Virus record (IMG/VR): IMGVR_UViG_3300029319_000342
Span: 1 to 29,119 of that record
Direction: 5' to 3' (one strand)
Length of the DNA: 29,119 nt
Source: a virus
Taxonomy: Duplodnaviria; Caudoviricetes
The notes below the pieces were generated by a model. That model saw only the letters and a list, made by a program, of their open reading frames with translations, made no database searches and was not told where the DNA came from. This document shows positions 17,100 to 25,662 of this stretch, in pieces; within the stretch, counting starts at the first letter, position 1; every line of letters starts with the position of its first letter. Both the position numbers and the translations under genes were made by a program.

Positions 17100-17859
17100 A
17101 ATATTTATCGGCACACCTTGTTACGGGGGCATGATTACAGCGGATTACTTTAAAAGTTGTTTACAGTTAACAGCTTTAGCAGCAATCAAAAAAATAGAAT
17201 TACAGTTTGGAACTATTGGTAATGAATCATTGATTACAAGAGCACGCAATACTTTAGTACAGCTCTTTATGGATGGTGACTATACACATTTGCTGTTTAT
17301 TGATGCAGACATCGCTTTTAATCCTGAATCTGTTTTTAGAATGCTGGAACTAAACGAAGATGTGGTTTGTGGTATATATCCTAGAAAAACTATTAACTGG
17401 ACTAAAGTTATAAAAAAAATAAAAGATAATCCTAAGATTGAAGAAAATGAGCTAATGGCAACATCTTTAGAATATAACCTGAACTTTAAAGATCCTAATC
17501 ACATTGAAACAAAAAATGGTTTTGTACAAGTCATGGACGGAGCAACTGGGTTTATGTTAATTAAAAGATCCGTATTTCAAAAAATGGCAGATAATTATCC
17601 AAAACTAAAATTTACTCCTGACCAGCACATTGGCAGCTCTCACGATAAAGAATTTAATTATCACAAAACCTCAGATTGGAATTATGCTTTTTTTGATACA
17701 ATGATTGACAATGATAGATATTTGTCTGAAGATTACGCTTTCTGCAGATTGTGGCAGAATATAGGAGGAAAGATTTACGCTGATATATCTAGTGGCTTGA
17801 CCCATTATGGTAATTATTCTTTTAAAGGCAATGTTTCAACACAATTTAAAGTAAAATGA
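17092..17859 (+). CDS. GT-A fold glycosyltransferase
   Basis: IFIGTPCYGG, ESLITRARN, THLLFIDAD (DxD), ATGFMLIKR, YLSEDYAFC, LTHYG. Confidence 0.85.
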   Translation: MTKIFIGTPCYGGMITADYFKSCLQLTALAAIKKIELQFGTIGNESLITRARNTLVQLFMDGDYTHLLFIDADIAFNPESVFRMLELNEDVVCGIYPRKTINWTKVIKKIKDNPKIEENELMATSLEYNLNFKDPNHIETKNGFVQVMDGATGFMLIKRSVFQKMADNYPKLKFTPDQHIGSSHDKEFNYHKTSDWNYAFFDTMIDNDRYLSEDYAFCRLWQNIGGKIYADISSGLTHYGNYSFKGNVSTQFKVK

Positions 17860-18482
17860 AATATCATTGGATCTCAAAAAATATTATTGGTTGTCATAAT
17901 TTTTTACCACCTTTAATACTACAAAATATTAAAATAGATCTTTTAAACAGTAGAACTAAATTTTCTGTGCCCAGTTGGGGTGATAAAGATGATAAGGTAA
18001 GTCAACTACAGTTTTACAGCGAGAACTGTGGTTCTTTTGATTATTGGATAGACCATAATGAGTTTCCTGCTGAAACACCAAATATCACTAAATTAGGTGA
18101 TTGGTTTTACCACAGAGGATTAGAAAATTTTATAGCAGAAACAGATCGTAACAGTGTCTTTAAATTTTTGGAAATGAAAACAAAAAAGCATGATATTCAC
18201 GTGTGCGCCTATAATCACGGGGGTTATTATGGCTGGCATATGGATAATCTCCCTTTTTTCACTTTTAATTTAGTTTTAAACGAAGGAGACAATTTAGAGG
18301 GAGGAGATATGCTTTTTATGGACGACGGCAAAATTATAGAAATACCTAATATGAACAATTATATGGTTGTTTTTCCAAGCTACATAAGTCACTCAATAAA
18401 GATAATTAAATCAAAAAATGGCAAGGATGTCCCTTTTCCTCAACAAAGATTTAGTATACAATATTGGACCAAATGCGACTAG
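17856..18482 (+). CDS. 2OG-Fe(II) oxygenase, HxD type
   Basis: YGWHMD...LEGGD...FPSYISHSI...RFSIQYW. Confidence 0.8.
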   Translation: MKYHWISKNIIGCHNFLPPLILQNIKIDLLNSRTKFSVPSWGDKDDKVSQLQFYSENCGSFDYWIDHNEFPAETPNITKLGDWFYHRGLENFIAETDRNSVFKFLEMKTKKHDIHVCAYNHGGYYGWHMDNLPFFTFNLVLNEGDNLEGGDMLFMDDGKIIEIPNMNNYMVVFPSYISHSIKIIKSKNGKDVPFPQQRFSIQYWTKCD

Positions 18483-20329
18483 TAGACTTAAAATTTAAAC
18501 CAGGTATAGATAAACAGGATTCTGCTTATTCAGCAGGAGATCAGCGTAAATACATAGATTCAGATTTTGTGCGCTTTCACTATGGTAAACCAGAGAGGTG
18601 GGGAGGTTGGAGATTTTTACCAAATCCTAATGTAACCGTAGTCGGTGCTGTAAGAGATACACATTCTTGGATTGGCTTAGATGGAACAAGGTATTTAGCA
18701 TTAGGTACAGATAGAAAACTATATATTTTTTCTGAAGGTAAAGTCTATGATATTACACCATTAAGAGAAACACAAGCACTTACAAATCCTTTTACCACGC
18801 AAAGTGGACAATCAACTGTTACTGTTGCAGACACTGGACACAATGCAGAGGTTGGCGCATTCGTTACTTTTGACGACGGGTCTTCCTCAAATGTAGTTGA
18901 TGGCATAGATTTTAATAATGAATTTGAAATACTTACTGTGCCAGATGCAAATAGTTTTACAATTAACGCTGGCACAAATGCAACAGGCTCGACCTCGGGT
19001 GGAGGCGGATCTGTTACAGCTACATATCAAATAAATCCTGGTCCAACATCTTCAACATACGGATATGGTTGGGGCACCGAGACATGGGGAGCTAGCACAT
19101 GGGACACACCAAGATCTTCTTCCAACGTTGTTGTTGCTGCAAGAAACTGGTCTTTAGATAATTTTGGTGAAGACTTAATTGCAACAGTTTTAAATGGTGG
19201 CACATTTATTTGGGACACTTCAGGGGGTTTAGGTGCAAGAGCCACCGCTCTGTCAAATGCACCCACAGCATCAAGATTTAGTTTGGTGTCAACAGACACA
19301 AGACACTTATTAATATTTGGAACAGAAACAACAATTGGAAACACTGCTACTCAAGATGATTTACTGCTTAGATTTTCGGATAGAGAAGATGCAACTGATT
19401 ACACACCTGTTTCAACTAACGAGGCAGGGTCTCTACGTATATCGGATGGGTCAAGAATAATAGGTGCAGTAAAATCAACAGGTCAGATCTTAATTTGGAC
19501 TGACACATCCTTACATGGTTTACAATTTGTTGGCACACCTTTTACTTTTGGTCTTCGTCAACTTGGGGCAAATGCGGGTTTAATAGCACAACACGCAGCT
19601 ATAGAGGTAAATGGTAAAGCATATTGGATGTCTGATAACGCATTTTATTTGTACGATGGGGTTGTTAAAAAAATGCCATGTTCTGTTCAAGACTTTGTAT
19701 TTGATGACATTAGTTATACAAATAAAAATGATATAGCCGTCGGTCTAAACACTGCATATAATGAAATTATTTGGTATTACCCATCAGCAAACGCCACACA
19801 AATAGATAGGTCTGTTGCTTATAATTATTTAGAAGGAACTTGGTATACTAATTCTTTAGCTAGAACGACTTGGCTTGGAGCATATGTTTATGAATTACCT
19901 ATAGCCACAGAATACAGCACATCTACTACTGCTAACGCCACATCTATTCTAGGTTTAACTGCAGGGGCTTCTTTTGTTTATGAACACGAAGTAGGTAACA
20001 ATCAAGCAGATGGCTCAGCAATAACTGCCTTTTTAGAAACTGGATCTGTAGAGATAGCAGACGGTGATCAATTAATGTCTGTAAGTAAATTAGTACCAGA
20101 CTTTGACAATTTAACAAATACGATGACAGCTACTTTAACTTTAGAACAATACCCACAGTCATCTGCAAATGTAACGACTTCAGGAAACATTACTAATACT
20201 ACTGAAAAAATTAATGTTAGAGGTAGAGGTAGAGCGGTAAAAATAAAATATCAAACAAACACTGTTGATGATACACCTTGGAGACTTGGTTCTCAAAAAC
20301 TACAGATAAGACCAGATGGCAGGAGATGA
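18473..20329 (+). CDS. Podoviral tail nozzle/packaged-DNA stabilisation protein (P22 gp10/tubular B-like)
   Basis: ~620-aa beta-rich protein starting MRLVDLKFKPGI, with a Ser/Thr-rich inserted domain, WSLDNFGE, and ending RPDGRR. Assignment is by family resemblance. Confidence 0.7.
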   Translation: MRLVDLKFKPGIDKQDSAYSAGDQRKYIDSDFVRFHYGKPERWGGWRFLPNPNVTVVGAVRDTHSWIGLDGTRYLALGTDRKLYIFSEGKVYDITPLRETQALTNPFTTQSGQSTVTVADTGHNAEVGAFVTFDDGSSSNVVDGIDFNNEFEILTVPDANSFTINAGTNATGSTSGGGGSVTATYQINPGPTSSTYGYGWGTETWGASTWDTPRSSSNVVVAARNWSLDNFGEDLIATVLNGGTFIWDTSGGLGARATALSNAPTASRFSLVSTDTRHLLIFGTETTIGNTATQDDLLLRFSDREDATDYTPVSTNEAGSLRISDGSRIIGAVKSTGQILIWTDTSLHGLQFVGTPFTFGLRQLGANAGLIAQHAAIEVNGKAYWMSDNAFYLYDGVVKKMPCSVQDFVFDDISYTNKNDIAVGLNTAYNEIIWYYPSANATQIDRSVAYNYLEGTWYTNSLARTTWLGAYVYELPIATEYSTSTTANATSILGLTAGASFVYEHEVGNNQADGSAITAFLETGSVEIADGDQLMSVSKLVPDFDNLTNTMTATLTLEQYPQSSANVTTSGNITNTTEKINVRGRGRAVKIKYQTNTVDDTPWRLGSQKLQIRPDGRR

Positions 20330-20778
20330 TTTATATTAAAGACGATTGTCTTGAAGAAAAAGAAATACAACAATTAAATACATTACTAACTCATCCTCAT
20401 CATAGAGAGTGGGGAGAAGGCCTTGTTCGTGAGCTATCTTCTGAACATAACATTGTACAAAAAATAGCTAGTCTTATAGACGATACAAAATTTACAAATG
20501 TGGAATATTGTAATATTACAACTTATTCAAAAGATAGTGCAATGCACTTTCACAAAGATGCTACAAGAGAAGAAACAACTGGCACCTCTGTAACCTTTAT
20601 AAATGACGATTTTCAGGGTGGACAAGGGGTAGTAGAAGGAGTTACAATAGATCCTTTAGTGGGCAGAACTTACTATTTTGATGGACAAAAATTAAGACAT
20701 GGAGTGTTAAATGTGATAAAAGGAGTGAGAAAAGTTATATTAATATGGTACACAAATGGCAAAAATAACAATAACTAG
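20326..20778 (+). CDS. 2OG-Fe(II) oxygenase, HxD type
   Basis: Start revised to the ATGA overlap at 20326. MHFHKD...NDDFQGG...HGVLNV..GVRKV..W. Confidence 0.75.
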   Translation: MIYIKDDCLEEKEIQQLNTLLTHPHHREWGEGLVRELSSEHNIVQKIASLIDDTKFTNVEYCNITTYSKDSAMHFHKDATREETTGTSVTFINDDFQGGQGVVEGVTIDPLVGRTYYFDGQKLRHGVLNVIKGVRKVILIWYTNGKNNNN

Positions 20779-20923
20779 ATTACCAAACGCTACGCCAGAA
20801 TATGATGCTAGTCAATTTGACCAAATGATAAAATTATTAGATCAAATAATACTTTTATTAAACACTAACTATCAACAAGATTTAAAAGAAGAACAAGAAC
20901 AGGAGACATTTTTCCTTGGCTAA
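20756..20923 (+). CDS. 55-aa probable tail-associated protein (MAKITITRLPNATPEYDASQFDQMIK...), not in ORF track
   Basis: Manual translation. Fills the gap, and its 3' end carries the AGGAG SD for the next gene. Confidence 0.75.
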   Translation: MAKITITRLPNATPEYDASQFDQMIKLLDQIILLLNTNYQQDLKEEQEQETFFLG

Positions 20924-21278
20924 TACATTTAAAAGCTCAATGGTTGATATAACATCAACAGATTTAACAACCATATTAACGGTGCCAACAGCTGACCCTG
21001 GTGCTACACCACCTGTGCCTCCTACAACTGACGTAATTAAATCTATTTTAATTTGTAATGACTCAGGAAACACTACACTTGTGGACTTAGAGGTGCTTAG
21101 ATCTTCTGCTACTTTTGAATTATTTAAGGCTAAAAGTGTTGCAACAAATACAACAACAGAATTATTATCTCAGCCTTTAGTTTTACAAGAATCTGACGTA
21201 TTAAAAGCACAGGCTAATGCTGCTAACCAAGTTCACATTATTGTAAGTTTTATGGAGGTTACAAAAGGTCAACTGTAA
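20916..21278 (+). CDS. Probable small tail structural protein (120 aa, beta-rich)
   Basis: TTG start with AGGAG SD. MANTFK...IKSILICN...PLVLQESDVLK. Confidence 0.7.
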   Translation: MANTFKSSMVDITSTDLTTILTVPTADPGATPPVPPTTDVIKSILICNDSGNTTLVDLEVLRSSATFELFKAKSVATNTTTELLSQPLVLQESDVLKAQANAANQVHIIVSFMEVTKGQL

Positions 21279-21289
21279 GGAGAAAAAGA

Positions 21290-21880
21290 ATGAATTTACA
21301 ATCACTATTTATTACACCTGTCATGATGACAGAGGTTAAGGGTCACGGTCACTTAATAGATAGACTTTACGAAATAAAAGCACGAGATGAAAAAGGTATG
21401 CCAAGATCTAATGTTGGAGGCTGGCACAGTGACGATGAGCTTTACAAAGATGAAGAATTTAAAAGCACAGTAGGTGATATATTATTAAAAGCTAAAGAGT
21501 GCTTTAACCATTTAGATGTGCAAGATAAATACGTTCCAGAAATGACAGGTTTGTGGGGCATGATTAATCCTCCAGGATCTAGAAATAATGTCCACACACA
21601 TCCTTACAATTACTTGTCTGGAGTGTACTATCTAAAAGTGCCTCAAAAAAGCGGTAATTTAGTGTTTCTAGAGCCTAAACCACAGGCTGAGGTATTATCA
21701 CCCCCAAAGAAGAAAAACGCCTCTGTGCATATCGCACATAGCGTAGATTTCGAACCAAAGGAAAATTCATTGATTTTTTTCCCATCATGGTTACAACATG
21801 AAGTTAAAATAAATAGTTCTAATGAAGATAGAGTTATTTTAAGTTTTAACATAAATTGGAGAGAAAATGCCGATAATTGA
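21290..21880 (+). CDS. Putative 2OG-Fe(II) oxygenase, TIGR02466-like (HxH)
   Basis: RSNVGGWHS, NVHTHP..LSGVYY, FFPSWLQHEV..N..EDRVILSFN; SD AAGGAG. Confidence 0.88.
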   Translation: MNLQSLFITPVMMTEVKGHGHLIDRLYEIKARDEKGMPRSNVGGWHSDDELYKDEEFKSTVGDILLKAKECFNHLDVQDKYVPEMTGLWGMINPPGSRNNVHTHPYNYLSGVYYLKVPQKSGNLVFLEPKPQAEVLSPPKKKNASVHIAHSVDFEPKENSLIFFPSWLQHEVKINSSNEDRVILSFNINWRENADN

Positions 21881-22121
21881 ACCCGCAGAACAAATAGGAA
21901 CAATAACTTTAGAAGACGGAAGAACAATTCCTAGATATAAAGTTAAAACTGAAACCACGTTAACTAATATGGACACTGGTCAGGAATATGAATCAGAAGA
22001 AGCTATGCAAGCTGATATAGATGATCCAAACACTTCAACAACTGCTGAAAAAATTAGAAGAGATGTTAAAGTATTTGCTCCGTCATTAAAAGATATGTTA
22101 GGTCAAACACCAAAAGAATAG
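21867..22121 (+). CDS. Acidic phage hypothetical protein (84 aa)
   Basis: GGAG SD; TNMDTGQEYESEEAMQADIDDP. Confidence 0.7.
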   Translation: MPIIEPAEQIGTITLEDGRTIPRYKVKTETTLTNMDTGQEYESEEAMQADIDDPNTSTTAEKIRRDVKVFAPSLKDMLGQTPKE

Positions 22122-22123
22122 TT

Positions 22124-23086
22124 TTGACAGTCGGTGTAAATATATCACACGACTCTTCAATTTGTATTAAGAAAAAAAACAGTATTGAATTTTTTGAAGA
22201 AAGTCGTTTTAATAAAAAAAAGTTTTGGGGTCCTTCTGCTAATGACTTTGATTATCTTTCATTAAAACATGTAAAAAATTTTGATGATACTTTTGTGTTT
22301 GCTTGTTGTGGTAGGTTGGAGGATGACCATGAAAAAGTTATAGAAAATATTTGCAAAAAATACAAAATTAAAAATTTTGTATTTAATGAATATATGCATC
22401 ACATATATCATGCGTGCGCTGCATTTCATGTTTCCTCTTTTAATGAAGCAATGGCAGTTGTTATAGATGGGGGTGGCGCTATTTTAAGACAATTAGAAAA
22501 GTCTTTTAGAGAAAGTGACAGCATCTATTATATAAATAACATGCAAGTAAAAGCAAAATATAAAAGTTATAACAATTCTAGATTTAGTGCTTTATACAAT
22601 GATTTTAAAAATAAAAATAAATTATTAAAATTAATTGAAACCTGTAAAAATAAAAATCAAATAAACAATGTTCTTGATTATTTTTACATGCAAAATGATT
22701 GTTTATATAGAATGACAAATAATTATAATCCAGGTGATTTGTTTAATCATTTATGTAGCACGATAGGGTTAGTAACACTTGATGAGAATGAACCGGGCAA
22801 AGCAATGGGTTTATCTTCTTATGGTAACAGTCATGGCAAAAGAGATGAAGATTTAGCTAAACAAGTACAAGAGGTAACTGAAGAGTATACAATAAATTTA
22901 ATAGAAAAAGCTCTTACATTAGGTAATACAAAAAATATTATTTTGTCTGGAGGATACGCATTAAATTGTGTTAACAATTATAAATATACTCAATACTTTA
23001 AAAATGTAAATTTTTTTATTGATCCGTGTCCTCATGATGGTGGAACTGCCTTGGGTGCAGCTGTATGGTATGATTATTACAGATAA
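22124..23086 (+). CDS. Carbamoyltransferase (NodU/CmcH/TobZ family), N-terminal Kae1-like domain
   Basis: GVNISHDSS, EESR, HHIYHA, VIDGGG, GKAMGLSSYG, LSGGYALNCVNN, DGGTALGAA. Confidence 0.88.
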   Translation: MTVGVNISHDSSICIKKKNSIEFFEESRFNKKKFWGPSANDFDYLSLKHVKNFDDTFVFACCGRLEDDHEKVIENICKKYKIKNFVFNEYMHHIYHACAAFHVSSFNEAMAVVIDGGGAILRQLEKSFRESDSIYYINNMQVKAKYKSYNNSRFSALYNDFKNKNKLLKLIETCKNKNQINNVLDYFYMQNDCLYRMTNNYNPGDLFNHLCSTIGLVTLDENEPGKAMGLSSYGNSHGKRDEDLAKQVQEVTEEYTINLIEKALTLGNTKNIILSGGYALNCVNNYKYTQYFKNVNFFIDPCPHDGGTALGAAVWYDYYR

Positions 23087-23624
23087 ACAAAAAGCAATAG
23101 AAAAAATTTTAGATCAAGAAGTAGTTGCTATTTTTCAAAGTAGTTCTGAGTATGGCCCCAGAGCATTAGGTAATAGGTCTTTATTGTTTGATCCTAGAAA
23201 TAAAAACGGTAAAGATATTGTAAATACAATAAAGAAAAGAGAATGGTTTAGACCTTTTGCTGGCACTGTTTTATTACAACACGCAACAGAATGGTTTGAA
23301 ATGGGTAGAATAAAAGAGTCACCCTACATGTCATATGCTATTCCTGTAAAAGAAGATAAAAAAAATATAATACCCGCTATAACACATGTCGATGGCACGT
23401 GTAGAATTCAAACTCTTACTATAGAGCAAAACAAAAATTTTTATGAATTAATACAATTGTTTTATTTAAAAACAAATGTGCCTATACTTTTTAATACTTC
23501 TTTTAATTTAGCTGGTGAACCTTTAGTTGAAACAAAAGAGGACGCTCTGGATACGTTAAAAAGATCCGATATTAATTATATTTATTTTCCTGATTTGCAT
23601 TCACAATCATCACAGCAGTGTTGA
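23070..23624 (+). CDS. Carbamoyltransferase, C-terminal YrdC-like domain as a separate gene
   Basis: SEYGPRALGNRS, KKREWFRPFA, SPYM, THVDGTCRIQT, NTSFNLAGEP. Start revised to ATG 23070. Confidence 0.88.
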   Translation: MIITDKQKAIEKILDQEVVAIFQSSSEYGPRALGNRSLLFDPRNKNGKDIVNTIKKREWFRPFAGTVLLQHATEWFEMGRIKESPYMSYAIPVKEDKKNIIPAITHVDGTCRIQTLTIEQNKNFYELIQLFYLKTNVPILFNTSFNLAGEPLVETKEDALDTLKRSDINYIYFPDLHSQSSQQC

Positions 23625-23740
23625 TCCGCATTTTTAATATGTCTTTCAACATCTCTTTCCATAGCAAGTAGTCGTTCGTGATATTTGCTCACCTTATCCG
23701 CAAGGTAGGCAATGGCTTTATTAAGGTCTTGGTTATCCAT
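23582..23740 (-). CDS. 52-aa protein, coiled coil plus Cys/His-rich tail; not in ORF track
   Basis: Manual translation: MDNQDLNKAIAYLADKVSKYHERLLAMERDVERHIKNADQHCCDDCECKSGK, with an AGGAG SD 6 nt before the ATG. Confidence 0.75.
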   Translation of the reverse strand: MDNQDLNKAIAYLADKVSKYHERLLAMERDVERHIKNADQHCCDDCECKSGK

Positions 23741-23868
23741 ATTTGTCTCCTGTGATTGTTAATTTTGGTGAGAACCTAATGTAAGCATATTTTTTAAGTC
23801 TGCAATAGTATTTTTTAAAAATGTTTTCTTGACAGAAAATTTATGATATGAAAGTGCTAGAAATAAGA

Positions 23869-24462
23869 ATGACAAGCAAAATATATGTTAGTGGTAAAAT
23901 CATTAAGAGGTATGTTATACCTAAAGAACAAATAGATGAACTAAACACAGAATACGAAAAACATAGAGAAAATTTATCTAGTGACAGTTCAAAACTAGCA
24001 GGAAGAATTGACTCAGAAAAAAGCGTAATACCAATTATTCAATCATGTAAGATATATAATACTTTAACAAAAAACATGGGCGACTATATAATGTCACTAA
24101 ACAATTTTGATTTAAGCAAAGATCCCATGTTTAACACTAATATCTTAAGTTGTTGGATTAATGATATGAAGCCAGGTGAATACAATCCGCCACACACACA
24201 TCATGATACTACAGGATGGTCTACAGTTTTATTTTTAAAAGTTCCGAAAACAATAAACGATGCAAAACACAAACATAAATTTAGGGATGGTCAGTTAGGT
24301 TTTATTTTTGATGGTCACACGACTAAATATTTTACTCCAGAGGTAGGTCACTTTTATATTTTTGAAGCATCACATCAACATTTTGTAATGCCTTTTAAAA
24401 GTGTTGAAAATGAAATAAGAAGATCAATGTCGTTTAATTTTATAAGAGATAATGCTGAATAA
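23869..24462 (+). CDS. Putative 2OG-Fe(II) oxygenase, HxH type (paralogue of 14122)
   Basis: LAGRI, WINDMKPGEYNPPHTH, PEVG..IF...HFVMPF, RRSMSFN. Start may be 23848 or 23869. Confidence 0.8.
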   Translation: MTSKIYVSGKIIKRYVIPKEQIDELNTEYEKHRENLSSDSSKLAGRIDSEKSVIPIIQSCKIYNTLTKNMGDYIMSLNNFDLSKDPMFNTNILSCWINDMKPGEYNPPHTHHDTTGWSTVLFLKVPKTINDAKHKHKFRDGQLGFIFDGHTTKYFTPEVGHFYIFEASHQHFVMPFKSVENEIRRSMSFNFIRDNAE

Positions 24463-25138
24463 AAAAATTGAGTTTATCATAACAGATAAAGATCATTTAG
24501 AAATATGGCCAAATCCAAAACCAGCTTTAAAATTTATTCCTGAAGATTACAAAAAACTTGGCAGACTAAGTAATAACAATTTACACGACCCAACTGTAAA
24601 AACATGCATGCCCTTTTTAGACGCCATGACAGCTGGTTACATAATACCTTTTGAACAAGATTATATTGTAGATCCAACGGAGGATGATTTCTCCATGACA
24701 CCTGCGAACAAACAAAATAATATGTATGGTATGCATCCTAAACAGCAGCTTACTGAATCTATGGCAAAAAAAGCAAAAGAAAACGCTGGCAAATTTCACA
24801 ACAAGTGGTTGATAAAAACACCACCTGGTTATAGTTGTTTATTTGTTCATCCTCTAAATAGAGTTGATGATAGATTTGAAATATTATCAGGTGTTGTTGA
24901 AACTGACACTTACATAAACACAGTTAATTTTCCTTTCATACTAAAGAAAAGAGATGAACAGTTTTTATTTAAAAGAGGTGAGCCAATGGTGCAAGTTATA
25001 CCTTTTAAAAGAGAGTCTTGGAAAATGTGGTCTGGATTTAAATTTGAAAAAGATCATCGTATAACTGATAATAAATTAGGAAGTCTTATTATTGACAGAT
25101 ACAAAAAATTTTTTTGGAGAAAAAAGAATTACAGATGA
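24452..25138 (+). CDS. DUF6065-like protein
   Basis: CMPFLDAMTAGY, WLIKTPPGYSCLF.HP.N, GVVETD, GEPMVQVIPFKRE. Confidence 0.7.
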   Translation: MLNKKIEFIITDKDHLEIWPNPKPALKFIPEDYKKLGRLSNNNLHDPTVKTCMPFLDAMTAGYIIPFEQDYIVDPTEDDFSMTPANKQNNMYGMHPKQQLTESMAKKAKENAGKFHNKWLIKTPPGYSCLFVHPLNRVDDRFEILSGVVETDTYINTVNFPFILKKRDEQFLFKRGEPMVQVIPFKRESWKMWSGFKFEKDHRITDNKLGSLIIDRYKKFFWRKKNYR

Positions 25139-25662
25139 AAGATTTATTAGATTATATTCATAGATATGACAACATGTTGAGTACAAAATTGTGTGAATCA
25201 ATTATCAATAAATCAAGCACGGCTGATTTTATAAAAGCTAGCACAGTTGGTGAAAGTAATTTTAGAAAATGTTATACAAAAGCAATTGATCAAGAATTTG
25301 ATAAAGACATATTTAAAAGTGTAGGACAAACTATAGAAAAATATGCAAAAGCACATAAACATTTTAGCACAGGATTAACTTGTGAGGATACTGGTTATCA
25401 ACACTTAATTTATTTAGGGTCTCAAAAAGGAGAGTACAAAGAACATACTGATCATGGTGACATCACACCCAGAGTTTTAACAATATCTTTTATTTTAAAC
25501 GATAATTATGATGGGGGAGACTTTGTTTTTTTTGGAGGCACTTACACTGTTCCTAAAAAACAAGGTAGTGTGGTTGTCTTTCCAAGCAATTTTTGTTTTC
25601 CTCACGCAATAACACCTGTTACCAATGGTAATAGACACGCAATAATTACATGGGTGCATTAA
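25135..25662 (+). CDS. Prolyl-4-hydroxylase-like 2OG-Fe(II) oxygenase (HxD)
   Basis: YKEHTD...RVLT..LNDNYDGG...FPSNFCFPHAITPVTNGNRHAIITW. ATGA overlap start. Confidence 0.88.
   Translation: MKDLLDYIHRYDNMLSTKLCESIINKSSTADFIKASTVGESNFRKCYTKAIDQEFDKDIFKSVGQTIEKYAKAHKHFSTGLTCEDTGYQHLIYLGSQKGEYKEHTDHGDITPRVLTISFILNDNYDGGDFVFFGGTYTVPKKQGSVVVFPSNFCFPHAITPVTNGNRHAIITWVH

Noticed and set aside
22124-22155. TTGACA at the carbamoyltransferase start as a promoter
   Set aside because: It coincides with the TTG start codon and has no suitably spaced -10.
14014-23760. Shared 8-mer TGATTGTT upstream of two - strand genes (14014-14021, 23753-23760)
   Set aside because: Too short and AT-rich to separate from chance, and in direct orientation, so not an inversion boundary.
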